A stretch of DNA of 64,000 nucleotides. Source: Candidatus Marinacidobacterales bacterium (GTDB lineage: Bacteria; Acidobacteriota; Vicinamibacteria; Marinacidobacterales; SMYC01). Positions 45,289-56,897 of the stretch are shown piece after piece (position 1 is the stretch's first letter; every line of letters begins with the position of its first letter). A program made the translations under genes and the position numbers. Location: positions 5,696,001-5,760,000 of the forward strand of contig OZ250169.1 of the NCBI GenBank assembly GCA_965237955.1, in the 5' to 3' direction. The notes under the pieces were generated by a model, which made no database searches, had not been told where the DNA came from, and saw nothing but the letters and a program-made list of their open reading frames with translations.

Positions 45289-46548
45289 TGGACTTGCTTC
45301 GCTTCAGTGGACACCTAACGAACGGAGATATATATGGGTGTTCAAATGGCAGAGAAAAAGAAGCGTCGTCAATTCACGAAGGAGTTCAGAGCCGAGGCGG
45401 TTCGCCTGGTGCGCGAGACGGGTAAGCCGGTGAGCGAGCTAGCGCGGGATATCGATGTGACGGAGACGTCTCTGTATGCTTGGGTGAGACAGGACAGAAT
45501 CGACCGTGGTGAGGGCGGGCCTGGCACGCTGACAAGCGAAGAACTTGAAGAGCTGCGAAGCCTACGAAAAGAAGTGCGCGATCTTCGGATGGAGCGAGAT
45601 TTCCTAAAAAAAACGGCGGCGTACTTCGCGAGCGTGAAGAAATGAAGTTTGCGGCGATCGTTGCTCAACGCCTCGAGTTCAATGTCTCGTGGATGTGCCG
45701 TCAACTCGAAGTATCGCGAAGCGGTTTCTACGCGTGGCTGAAGCGGAAACCGAGTCGTCGCGCGCTCGAAGACCGACGCTTGTCTGCGAAAGTCGTATCG
45801 TCCTTCCGGGCAAACCGTGAGGTGTACGGGAGCCCTCGCATGGTCGACGAGCTCCGAGCAGATGGCGAGTCCGTTGGACGTCGGCGCGTGGCTCGTTTGA
45901 TGAGAGAAAGCGGGCTGTGCGCACGTCTCCCGAAACGTTTTCGGAAGACGACGGATTCTTCGCATTTGCGACCCGTGGCTCCCAATCTCGTGCAGCGGCA
46001 GTTCTTTCCCAAGACACCCAACGAAACCTGGGCCGCGGACATTACCTACATCCGCACGTGGGAAGGCTGGTTGTACTTGGCCGTGGTCATCGACCTATTC
46101 TCGAGACGTGTGATCGGTTGGGCGACGGCGAGTCACCTTCGGACAGACCTCGCTATCTCCGCGCTTCAAATGGCCGTGCGTTATCGAAGACCGCCGCGCG
46201 GAATGATTCACCATTCGGATCGTGGTGTGCAGTACGCGAGCCGAGAGTATCGAGAGTTCTTGCGACGCCACGGAATCGAGTGCAGCATGAGCGGCAAAGG
46301 TGACTGCTGGGATAACGCCGTTGTCGAGAGCTTCTTCGGCACGCTAAAGACCGAGGCTCTCTATCGACTGGTTCTTCCTACTCGCGCTCAAGCGCGCTGG
46401 GCCACCGTCGACTACATCGCCAACTTCTACAACCCGACGCGGCGCCACTCGACTCTCGGCAACATCAGCCCGATCGAATTCGAACGCACACTCCTGAAAG
46501 AGAAGCGAGTTGCTTAGCAAACATGTCCACGAAACCGGAGCAAGATCA
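45289..46548 (+). mobile_element. IS3 family element, complete (orfA 45346-45645, orfB 45642-46517)
   Basis: IRs TGGACTTGCTTCG...GTGGACA / TGTCCAC...AGCAAGATCA; A8C slippery site; WAADITY, HHSDRG, GDCWDNA. Confidence 0.94.
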
Positions 46549-46576
46549 CTAACAGTAAGTAGATGGTTCCGTATAG

Positions 46577-48021
46577 GGAGATGCCCCTGAGATAGTTGAA
46601 GGTTAGGAGTGGCGGCTCCTAAGGCCGGGTTCGATAGAATCCGGCTGTGAAGGAAAAAGAAAGGAGCCACCACGATGTCAAATCACCAAATCATCGATGC
46701 GAAGAACAGGAAGAAGCTTCGAGAGATACTGAGCTCGAAGGGGCAAGCTCTGTTGCCGTTCTTGGATGCGATTGAGCGAACCGAGATAGCGATCGACGAA
46801 GTGATCGACGTTGCTGGCCGAGCGACGATCGAAGCGGTCTTGGATCTGTCAGCCCAAAGTGTGGCTGGGGAGAAACACCCGGGGAAGAAGGGTAGCGATG
46901 TTCGCTGGCACGGCCGGCAGGGTGGCGTAGTAAGCCTTGCGGAGCGGAAGTTGAGAGTGAGCCGGCCACGTCTGCGGCGTAAGGGAAAGGCAGAGGGAGG
47001 GGAGGTTGCGATTCCTGCCTACGAAGCGGTGAACAACTCGTCTCGGCTGAGCCAACGCATCTGGGAAATCCTGATGCTGGGTGTGTCGACGCGCAAGTAC
47101 GCGTCGGTTCTTCCCGAGATGGCGGAGACGGTAGGGGTTAGCAAGAGCGAGGTGAGCCGTGAGTTCGTGGAAGCAAGCGCGGAGCAGTTGCAGGGGCTGA
47201 TGGAGCGTCCGCTGGACGAGCTGGAGATCGCGGTCGTGTACCTGGACGGGATTCGCTTCGGCGAGCACCACGCGCTGGCGGCAATCGGCGTAGATACAGA
47301 GGGATACAAGCATGTTCTGGGGCTTCGGGATGGAGCATCGGAGAACCAGATAGTGTGCAAGGCGCTGCTGGAGGACCTGGTCGAACGAGGCCTGAGCCCA
47401 GAGCGGTGTCGGCTGTTCGTGATCGATGGCTCCAAGGCGCTACGGGTCGCCGTCGACGCTGTGTTCGGTACCCACAACAAGGTCCAGCGTTGCAGGAAGC
47501 ACAAGGAGCGCAATGTGCTCGGTTATCTGCCGCAGGAGCTGAAGCCGCAAGTGCAAGCGAGCCTGCGTTCGGCCTGGCAGCTCCCAGCAAAGAAGGGCAA
47601 AGCGCGGTTGGAGCAACAGGCGAAGTGGCTCGAGGACGACTACCCCTCGGCGGCGGAGAGCATCCGGGAGGGGCTCGACGAGATGTTCACCATCAACGAG
47701 CTCGACCTCCCCGCATCTCTGAAACGCTGCCTTGGATCGACGAACATCATCGAGTCGTGCTTCAGCGGTGCGCGAGGTCGTACCCGTCGCGTCACCCGCT
47801 GGCGCAATGGCAAGATGGTTCTGAGATGGGCCGCTTCGGCTCTGCTCGCCACGGAGAAAAATTTCCGTCGTATCATTGGATACCAATCGCTACCGATCCT
47901 CGAAGCGAAGTTAGCGGAGGTCACTGAGAATCAAGCGCTCGACAAGCACGCCAAAGTCGGGTAAACCATGTGTCAGGAGCCGCCACCACCTCGAACCTTC
48001 AACTATGGTGGGGGCACCTCC
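46577..48021 (+). mobile_element. IS256 family element (transposase 46675-47964)
   Basis: Near-identical inverted copy of 35855-37299; duplication CCGTATAG at 46569-46576 and 48022-48029. Confidence 0.96.
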
Positions 48022-48466
48022 CCGTATAGTGTCGGCCTTCTAGTTCTGATGGGCTGCGGTGTCCCGCAGTCTATCTCGTACGCTGGTTTTGGAATGTCGT
48101 CTATGAATTGATCTCCACGGGAGACTTGCTTCGAGAGTCCGGTGGGTGGGGACTTTCTTATCTTGCGCACGGTCGCTAGATAGCACGATAACGGGTTGAA
48201 ACGTGACGCCTATTCTACCCCACCGGTCTGGGACGCGTTCAACTATTGGTTGGCGACGCTTGAAGACTCAGGTTTCGACCTACGGACTAAGCATCCGAAG
48301 TGCCCTTGAAAGCCACTCTGGGTTTGCAACTTCCCAGAGGTCGGATCTCGGAGTTGCTGAAGTGAGGTGTCGCCCGCGACCCTTTCCGGCTCAAATGGTG
48401 GCTGTATGGTGGCTTTTGCTCGAGCACTCTTTCCATCTTGTTGAAAACAAAAAGCCTTAGGCTATG

Positions 48467-48508
48467 TGGTGCCGAAGGGGGGATTCGAACCCCACGGGTT
48501 TAGCCCGC
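48467..48508 (-). other. tRNA-Leu 3' fragment (att-like site)
   Basis: Minus strand GCGGGCTAAACCCGTGGGGTTCGAATCCCCCCTTCGGCACCA: variable arm, T-arm, acceptor strand and CCA; no matching 5' half next to it. Confidence 0.7.
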
Positions 48509-48796
48509 AAATGGCTCAAAACAAACGGCAGTCCCCATGTCCGTAGATCTTCTAGGGTGGTGCCTCCGCGTTGCGGCCAAGCAAACCGGATAACGGGTTC
48601 GCGTGATAGCGATCGTTACTGTCTCGTTCGATCATGACAAACGCTAGAGTAGCAGATGTTTTTTTCTTCTCAATGGAAAACCGACGTTACGCGATTACCG
48701 CCTGGTAAGTGCGTCAGGTGCGTTGGCTGCATCGTTCGTTTGATCACATGGATTTGAAGCCTCATTCAGGGCAGACTATAAGTGGGGTGAGCGCAC

Positions 48797-50546
48797 ATGC
48801 AGCATCGTTTGAGCCGCACATTGCCCGCGATTGTCTTAGCCGTTCTCGTGGCGACGGATACGTTTGCCGAGCGATCCCGGAATCCACCGAATGCCACCGT
48901 GTTTATCCGTGTCATCGGCACCGCTCGTGTGGTCGTCAAAGAGGCGTTCTCCGAGACACGCGAGGAACGGGACGTCGAGTTTGGCACCGGGAGCGGATTC
49001 ATTTTTACTCCCTACGGACACGTTCTCACGAACTACCACGTCATCGAGAGCACGACTATTGAAGACCGTATCGGCCGCCGCGACATCCAAATCGAGTTGT
49101 CGGTCGATCGGATCGAGGTGGTCCTGCCGGGAAGCACTGACACGGATGTGCGCTTCAGTGCTTCGATCGAAGCCGTCGACCCCGAGCTCGACCTTGCGGT
49201 GCTGTCGATCGCGGGTGGCGATCTTCCGTACCTCGCGTTTGGCGACTCGGAGGCGGTCGCACAGGGGGACGCGGTACAGGTCTACGGCTTTCCCTTTGGC
49301 AGGCAAGTCGAAGTCGGCAAAGTGAACCTCCCCGACATCGTGCCTCGCGTGAGCGCTTCTAGAGGTTCGGTGGCGGCGACGCGCACCGACGCTTCGGGCG
49401 GCACCGCTTATCTCCAAACGACGGCAACGGTCAACCCGGGCAACAGCGGAGGCCCGATGCTGGACGAAGATGGCTACGTCCTCGGCGTAGTGCGCCTCAA
49501 GCTGCGTGACTCCGACGGCATCGGCTTTGCTATTCCCGTGAATGCGGTGAAGGATTTTCTGACCTTCAATGGTTACGACCAACTATTGCCGGTCGCGCGG
49601 CTTCGACTCGGTCCGGAGCAGTCGCTTCAAGGGAAGGGGCTCGCGCTTCGCATGCCCGAGACGTTGGAGGACGTTTCCCCTGCGAGGTTACGAGCGTTCA
49701 CCGACCCCTCGCAGGGTGCGATCGGCTTCACCGCTGATCGAGTCATCAGTCCATGGCCGCTCGCTCAGCTCGAGCAAGCGCTTTTGTCGGGAGGGACGTT
49801 CGGGAGCTTCCAGGCGGCGAGTGAGCTTCGCTCGTCGGCCGTCGTGGATGGTCGCGTCGTCATCGGTAGAGCCAGCGGGCGCGACATGAGTAGCGGAATC
49901 GAGACCGCGATGGAGTACATGCTTTTGGACGCGGGCATGGAAAAGCTGATCGTACGCTACCAGGGCCCCGCCGACGCGGTCGCGTTCAACCGTTCCGTTC
50001 TCATCGGGTCGCTTACGAGCATTCGCGCCGAGACGCTCCTCACCGCGGAGATCGCGAGCGTGCCTGCTGCCGGAGCAGCTCGCATGGGTGAAGGGCGCCC
50101 TGCCGGCACCATCGGCGCCGACGTTGGTCATTCCCGATCGGTGGGACGAGGAGGTCTCGGCGCCGTTCGCGTGCCGCGGATTGCCGCATTGGGAGTCCGC
50201 TCTTTCAATGTCGCTGCCCCGCGATTTCACGGTCTCGTTGCGCGCCGGTTGGTGGTCGTCGACGATGGACGCCTTACAATCGGCACGAGCTTGCAGCGAT
50301 CGCACCGGGGCGCTCGGGGACGGATCGTATGCCTACACGCTGGACTGGCTAGGCGAGCGCTACGTCGTCGAAGGCGTCTTCGTCGAGAACGTCGGAACGA
50401 TGCAGCTCGAGCTCGTCAGCCCCGAGGGAAAACACGGCTTTATCCGCGACGCCGCCCGCGCGTGGATGGAGCAGAACCGCTACTCCCCTGGAACAGAGGT
50501 TCGTGGCCTAAAGCTCGACGCCATTTTGTGGGCTGGCGAGGCGTGA
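48797..50546 (+). CDS. Secreted trypsin-like (S1C) serine protease with an unknown C-terminal region; probable frameshift near 50080
   Basis: GTGSGF, LTNYHV, DLAVL, NPGNSGGP; C-terminus reads sensibly in the frame of ORF 50088-50546. Confidence 0.82.
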
Positions 50547-50648
50547 CGACGAAGTCATATTGGAATATTTCGAGGAGGAACAACGAAGCCAGCGCGCAAA
50601 AAGGGCCCGAGATTTAGGCTACGAACCTCTGTTCCAGGGGACTAGCAC

Positions 50649-51761
50649 TTAGAGTTCATCGGCGGTCACGACGTCCCACAAGTTCCTATAGCGGCCGGCG
50701 CGGGCGTTTCGCAGGAAGCTATGGATACTTTGGACGAGGGTCACGGTGATGTGATCCTCGACCATACGCGGGTGCGGGCGGTGGAGGTTTGCATAAGCGC
50801 GGATAAACACACTCGACTCGGTCGTAGGGAGGTGTTTCACGTTCTCGACGAACGCGTCCCACTTTCGTTGCCGGAACAGATAGAACTCGACGTTCGACAC
50901 GTAGAATGCCGACACAGCGATCTGCCGCGACTCGAGGAGACGCGCCAACCGCCGAAGCGCTTGATCGCCCGCGAAGTCTCCAACGACGGGGATGATACGG
51001 TTCTCGCGCTCCATGGTTCGGACGTATTGGAAGGTTTCTTCGCTGGCGAGCCAGTTGCGGTACCGGCCGTTCAGATCGGTTTCGAGGACGAACTCTTTCA
51101 GCGAAGGAAAAAAGAACGATCGCCATCTGTCGTACTTGATGTCGAACCCTTGCCGAAAGAACTCGCGATAGATCAACCGAACGTCATCGAGGTCATGCTG
51201 AGAGAGGGACAGACCGGGCATGCCTGACAGCTCGTCGAGAATGAAGGCGAGCTGCTCATGGTAGAACGCTTGATCGGGTGCGGTTGACTCGATGTTGGCG
51301 ACGACGTCTGCGATCGATGCCGCGGCGCCGAGCTTCTTCGAAATCGGCCGAGCGAGGAGTCGTGCCAAGTAGTCCTCGCGTGTCTCGGAGCTCGACATGA
51401 GGACTTTGAAGATCAGATGCTCGATCAGGTTTTGGCGTCGGATGTCCACGATGAACGCGAGCCGGGGACGAACCGCCGCGATGTACGTGAAGTTCTGGTT
51501 CGGGCCGACGCCGATGTAGGCGCCGTCTTCGAGACCCATCGCATGGAGGTCGTCGATCACATGAAGGTAGGACGTTTCGTTGGAGATGTAGTTGTTGCTC
51601 CAAAAGTAGCCCGGATCCTCCGATAGTTGATTGACGAGCCGAGAGAACTCGCTGTCCGAGACGACGCCGGGCTCGGACCCGCCGGTGGAGCTACACGATT
51701 GTGAGAAAGGCGAAAAGGCCGCCGGGATGGCGAGAGCTAGCGCGAGCAGCCGGGTGAGCAT
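50649..51761 (-). CDS. Conserved exported hypothetical protein
   Basis: Signal peptide; LSE..GYF.S.NYISNE, YIGVGPNQNFTYI, IPVVGDFAG, FYVSNVEFYL blocks; long ORF with typical codon use. Confidence 0.7.
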   Translation of the reverse strand: MLTRLLALALAIPAAFSPFSQSCSSTGGSEPGVVSDSEFSRLVNQLSEDPGYFWSNNYISNETSYLHVIDDLHAMGLEDGAYIGVGPNQNFTYIAAVRPRLAFIVDIRRQNLIEHLIFKVLMSSSETREDYLARLLARPISKKLGAAASIADVVANIESTAPDQAFYHEQLAFILDELSGMPGLSLSQHDLDDVRLIYREFFRQGFDIKYDRWRSFFFPSLKEFVLETDLNGRYRNWLASEETFQYVRTMERENRIIPVVGDFAGDQALRRLARLLESRQIAVSAFYVSNVEFYLFRQRKWDAFVENVKHLPTTESSVFIRAYANLHRPHPRMVEDHITVTLVQSIHSFLRNARAGRYRNLWDVVTADEL

Positions 51762-51998
51762 CTAATGTCGGACTCCCAGAACATCGTAGCGTCAGGGACG
51801 GGCCGTTTTCAACTCGTGATCACTCCAAGTGGTCGGCAAGGAAAGCCATCGACTCGCCGATGTGAGTGTAGAGCTGCAGGAACGAGAACCAGAGCGAGCA
51901 TCGGTAGCAGGATTGAGTTTCTCAAGAGCGCTCCTAGGGGGTGCGGGTGTCATCGACAACTCGTCAGCATAGCACGAGGCTCGTGTTAGACTTTTGTC

Positions 51999-52919
51999 GT
52001 GACAGAGACGGTTCGTATCATCGGAGTCCGGATCGACCTCGGCGCCGGACGCCGCGGCGTCGACATGGGGCCCTCGGCATTGCGCAAAGCCGGCATCCGC
52101 ACCGCACTGCGCGAGCTGGGCTATGACGTGATCGACGACGGCAACATCCATTGCGAGGAGCCCGAAGCGCACACCATCCGCGATCCCAAGCTCAAATACC
52201 TCCCGTTGATCACCGTCGCGATGACCGATCTGGCGGGGCGCGTCGAGAACGCTCTGAAGGCAGGTGAGCTACCGCTGGTGCTCGGCGGCGACCACTCGAT
52301 CGCGATCGGTACCATCGCGGGCGTTACGAGCCATTTCAAGAAGACGAAGAAGAAACTGGGCATGATCTGGATCGATGCTCATGGGGATTCGAATACAGCC
52401 GAGACCACGCCGTCGGGGAACATCCACGGCATGTCGCAGGCGGTTGCGTTTGGACGCGGCGCCAAAGAGCTCGTCGAGATTGGTGGCTTTGCCGAGGGAC
52501 AATCGAAGCTCGACCCGTCGTGCTCGTCTATCATCGGCGCCCGCGACATCGATCGGCTCGAAAAAGACGTCATTCGCGAAATCGGTCTTCGTGTGTTCAC
52601 CATGGATCAAATCGACCGCCGCGGTATCTACGACGTCACCAAAGAAGCCATCGATATCGCAAGCCGCGGCACTGACGGAATCCATGTGAGCTTCGACGTC
52701 GACGGCATCGATCCGTCGATCGCGCCCGGCGTGGGCACCGCGGTGCTCGGGGGGCTTTCGTACCGGGAAACGCACACGCTCATGGAGCTCGTCGCGGAGA
52801 CTGGCCGACTGGTGTCGCTCGAAGTGGCCGAGGTCAATCCCATTCTCGACGTGCGCAACACCACCGCCGAAATTGCCGTCGAGATGGTGGCCTCCGCGTT
52901 CGGGAAACGGATTTTGTGA
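51999..52919 (+). CDS. rocF: Arginase
   Basis: RRGVDMGP, GGDHS, DAHGD, SGNIHG, SFDVDGIDP, EVNP. Confidence 0.96.
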   Translation: MTETVRIIGVRIDLGAGRRGVDMGPSALRKAGIRTALRELGYDVIDDGNIHCEEPEAHTIRDPKLKYLPLITVAMTDLAGRVENALKAGELPLVLGGDHSIAIGTIAGVTSHFKKTKKKLGMIWIDAHGDSNTAETTPSGNIHGMSQAVAFGRGAKELVEIGGFAEGQSKLDPSCSSIIGARDIDRLEKDVIREIGLRVFTMDQIDRRGIYDVTKEAIDIASRGTDGIHVSFDVDGIDPSIAPGVGTAVLGGLSYRETHTLMELVAETGRLVSLEVAEVNPILDVRNTTAEIAVEMVASAFGKRIL

Positions 52920-53587
52920 GCGGGATGAAGACGAAAGTCGAGGTCACGGGCGAGAACGGAGAAGAGCTCGGCCAGGTGTCGGTTTCGCTGGCACGTCCCG
53001 CGCGATCGAAAGCGACGGCCATCATCGCTCACGGGGCCGGTGGCACGATGGACACGCCGTCGATCGTTGGTGTCCAGGAACAGCTCGCCGCGAACGGTAT
53101 CACCGCGGCTCGTTTCAATTTTCTCTACTCGGAGAAGAAAAAGAACTCGCCCGACAAACAACCCGCACTGGTCGCGACGTGGCGCTCGGTAGCGGATTGG
53201 GTGAAAAGGCAAGTGAAGCCCAAGAAGCTCTTTCTGAGCGGGCGCTCGATGGGTGGCCGCATGGCCTCCTATCTCGTGGCCGAGGGGTATCCCTGTGACG
53301 GCGTCTTTTTTCTCGCGTACCCGCTTCATCCACCGGGTAAACCGGAACGTCAACGCAAGGAGCACTTGCCCAAGATCAAAGTACCCATGCTTTTTGTCTC
53401 CGGTACCCGCGACGCGTTTGCTCAGCTCGAGCTTCTCGAGCCGGTGGTGAAAAAGTCGAAAGCGAAGCTCCATCTCATCGAAGGAGCAGACCACGGGTTC
53501 AAAGTGCCCAAGAAATTCGGACGGACGCCCAATGGCGTTGACGAGGAAGTGACCGCCGCCGTCCTCGATTTTATTGCGGAGGTGTGA
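52916..53587 (+). CDS. Alpha/beta hydrolase (KANL3/Tex30-like)
   Basis: AHGAG, GRSMGG, YPLHPPG, GTRD, GADH. Confidence 0.9.
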   Translation: MSGMKTKVEVTGENGEELGQVSVSLARPARSKATAIIAHGAGGTMDTPSIVGVQEQLAANGITAARFNFLYSEKKKNSPDKQPALVATWRSVADWVKRQVKPKKLFLSGRSMGGRMASYLVAEGYPCDGVFFLAYPLHPPGKPERQRKEHLPKIKVPMLFVSGTRDAFAQLELLEPVVKKSKAKLHLIEGADHGFKVPKKFGRTPNGVDEEVTAAVLDFIAEV

Positions 53588-53892
53588 TGTCTAGGATTAC
53601 CGCTCTACAGAATCTACTGGAGAAGGATCCCGGGAACGCGATGACGCGCTACATGCTGGCGAACGAGCTCTACAAAGACGGCCAGTTCACTGAAGCTGCG
53701 AACGAGCTCGAGGAGTATCTCAAGAACGTGGAAGACGAAGGCGCAGCTTACCGTACCCTCGCGGACGCGTACCTCCAAATCGGAAAGAAAAAAGAAGCTC
53801 GGTGGGCGCTACGCCAAGGCGCCCAAGCCGCGCGCGTTCACCACCACGAGGGAATGGCGGAGGAATTCGAAGAAAAGCTGAAAGAGCTGTGA
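53587..53892 (+). CDS. Small TPR protein
   Basis: SRI..L..LLEKDP....RYMLANE helical repeats; overlaps the upstream stop. Confidence 0.8.
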   Translation: MSRITALQNLLEKDPGNAMTRYMLANELYKDGQFTEAANELEEYLKNVEDEGAAYRTLADAYLQIGKKKEARWALRQGAQAARVHHHEGMAEEFEEKLKEL

Positions 53893-53918
53893 ATCAGTCC
53901 AACATCCAGCCATTTCTT

Positions 53919-54005
53919 TTCACGCAAAGACGCGAAGGCGCAAAGCTGGTGCCGTCGATGCTGACCGCTTCTTTGCGTCTTTGCGCCCTTGCGCCTTTGC
54001 GTTAA
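53919..54005. repeat. Inverted pair of ACGCAAAGACGC-type REP-like repeats between convergent genes
   Basis: TTCACGCAAAGACGCGAAGGCGCAAAG ... CTTTGCGCCCTTGCGCCTTTGCGTTAA. Confidence 0.75.
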
Positions 54006-54030
54006 GAGAAACGCCTGCTGGGTCCTGCTC

Positions 54031-56897
54031 CTACTGCTCAAACACTTCCCAAGCCACGATCCGCCAGTTGCCTGCCTCGCGGACCCACAGGATTCCCAGG
54101 ATTCCGGAGCCTTGGCGTTTGAAGCGGAAAAGCGTGGCGTAGTACGTGCCGTAGGCGTCGGGTGTCGAGGTCTCTGGTGGCTCGCCGCACAGATAAACCG
54201 ATGCGTCGCCGTCGGTGAGCTCCAGGAGCGCGAAATCATCCTGGAAGGGATGTTCCAGAATGCGTATGGATTCCCGCCACGGCAAAATCACATCGATGGC
54301 CTCGGTAAGGTTATCCATGTCGCCCATTTCGTGGACACCGAGCTCCATCGCGGCCCTGAGCGCCGCAACCGCTCCTTGGTCCCGCAGAATTTCGTCGTCG
54401 ACGTCGTCGTCGGTATCCACACACGCCATGGCGCGCTGCGACATGAAATGAAGTGACTCGTCGACGTTCTTGCGTACGAGCCAGTCCGTGAGAAATTCCT
54501 GGGCGGCGTCTTCGAGTTTCTCAGGCTCGTCCCCTAAAGGGCGATCCGGGGGCAGGGGGGTGGGCGCCTCTGGCGGTTCTCTAGATAGCAAGCCCGGTCC
54601 GCCTTGATTGTCGGTGTTGTGGTCGACCTTGCCGAAGGCAGTTCGCCACCAGGCCACGAAACCTCCCCAGCGGCCGACGTGCTTGTCATGATTGTCTCCG
54701 GCGCGGACGTCGAGTTCGCCGACGTCAGGTGCCCGTTGAACATCGCCTGAGGCATCTTGCTCGAGCGGTAGTCGACGTCGATATCGGCTCGCGTTCGGTC
54801 TTCGGAAATCGAGAACTGAATGCTCGGAAGCTTTCCACCCTGACGAAAGCTGTAGGGGTAGCCGACGTGGTACACGGTGTTGAGGTGGCCCAGCGTGAAC
54901 TCTTGCGATTGCTCCAAGGTTGACCGCGCGCCGTCTTCGAGGAACACGTAAATGCGAAACTGCTGATCGCCCGCCCGTCCGTAGTACTGACCCGCGATGC
55001 GCTCGATACCTTTGACCAGATCGATCGGGTTCCCGAGAGAGTTTCCGTTCTCGTCGGTGAGCGAGGAGCCCATCAGCGCGTGGGTGACGGCGTCGAACGT
55101 CGTGCGCTCGGAAATCATCATCGAGTTGAAATGCGCTTGTGGCGTCAAATCGAACTCTGTTTCCTCGTTGTAGGTCTTCGTGTAGCCTTCGAAGAGCTTT
55201 TTTTGTTCAGGCGAAAGATCACCGAACCGGCTGAGTCCGGTATCCATGTCCAGGCTCGAGTCGGCGAGCAGCTTACCGGGCCAATCGCGCTCCACGCCGA
55301 TGACCTCGAGGTCGCCGGACGTCTTGCGAAGGTACACGGTGACGGCCTTGTCCTGTTCACCGGCCGAGATCCGAGCCGCGACATAAGTCCCCTCGGGCGC
55401 GGCGAGCGCGATCGGCGGAATCTCTCGGTTCCCGGCGGAGACGCCGATGCGTCGGTGCGTTTCGGCAGCGTTGTCGAAATGGCTCCATTGAAAACTGTAT
55501 TCGCGGGGGCCGGTGACCCCTGACTTGATTTCGAGGTCATCGAAGTCGAGCTCGCCGCCGCGCACCTCGAAGTTATCGAGCGGCAGCACCTTGGCGAAGT
55601 ACGTGGCGCCGATTCGATCCCGGCGCTCGATGAGACACTTCGCAATCCAAGCTTCGGCCTCGGGGTCGCTGTATCGACCGGTGCTCACGATCGCGCGGAT
55701 GTCGTCATCGGTGAACTCCATGACCTGCTTGGTCGCCCAATAGGTATCGTCCGGAAGGCGGTTTGCGAACGGCGCTATGGTGGTGTTCGCCTTCCATTTC
55801 TAGGGTTCGAAGGTTTCGTATTCAAAGTGCCCGACGGATCGAAACTTCGGGTAGTTCGCACGCTGCCATTTGGGCGAATATATCCCCATCCCGGGAAGGT
55901 TCTTGAAGGTTTGATTGAAGTCGTAGGTCTTCTCGTTACCTCGGAAAGACTTCTTGGGCTCGGTGCCGCCGCTACCGAGCGTGGCGTAAAAATCGACGAG
56001 GTTGTGACGAATGATGGGCACGTCGTCACGGATCATGAGGGTGTCGAGGGTGTAGACGGCGCCCATGCGATTGTGATTGAGCCAGGACGAGAAAACGAAG
56101 AGCCCGCGGAGATCGCGCCGGTGCTCGTGGGGCACGATGTCGTTCGGGTCATCGGTCCGCACGCCGAACACTTGATAAGGACCGAGTAGCCCTTCCCACG
56201 AGCCGGGAATGCGGATCGCTGTTGCCCGATAGCCTCTCTCCGGATCGCGCGCCACATCGTCGAGAAAGACGTCGATATCAAGGTCGATGAGATCTTGAAG
56301 ATCACCGGCGCTCGTCACCCTTTCGCTGCCGTCGGCCAGCACCAGACGGTCCCGCTCGAAGTACACGATGTAGGTTTCGGGGACGAAGTAACCGAGCGCG
56401 TAGAGAAACTTCGAGGACACCATTTCCGCGTCGGTCGCCATTTCGAGCCACCCCGGAGGATCGAAGCGCAGGAGGTAGATCTGTCGGGTTGAGTCGGTGA
56501 TGAGGACACCAGGGCGAAAGCCGAACTTCTTGACAGTCAGGACCTGCCATTGGCCGTCGGCGGGTGGCCGGTCGTCGCCGGGTCCGCGCCGCAACCCGTC
56601 TTCGCTGAAGTGGTGCCGTCCGTGACGGTTCACGAACCACGGCCCGTCCATGACATCGCCCATCGTGTTCACGGCGCCTGCCGGTATCACCCCCCTTTCC
56701 GGGTGACGCTCGCCGGGAGCCCCAAACGTGTGGTTGAACGTCTCGAGGATGTCACTGAGCGCGCGTGTTTGCGGGTCCGTCGTTGGCCAGAGCGGGGGCA
56801 CCGCCTCGAGGGGGTCGTCAGGATAGAACTTTTGGGCGGTGGCCAGGTTGCTGCAAACCAGAACCGTCAAGAGTGCCGCGCGGAGGTTGCCGCGCAT
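54031..56897 (-). pseudogene. Large secreted protein (~950 aa) with a kinase-like N-terminal region; one in-frame TAG and one frameshift
   Basis: ORFs 55800-56897 and 54534-55721 join in frame through FEP*KWKAN; a shift near 54712 restores ANSDVRAGDN...WW into ORF 54031-54657. Confidence 0.7.

Noticed and set aside
48467-48560. Complete tRNA gene
   Set aside because: No D-arm, valid anticodon arm or 5' acceptor strand
33767-55802. In-frame TAG codons (33767, 45062, 55800) as amber recoding
   Set aside because: The same genes also carry frameshifts, and many intact genes here end in TAG; mutation or error is simpler
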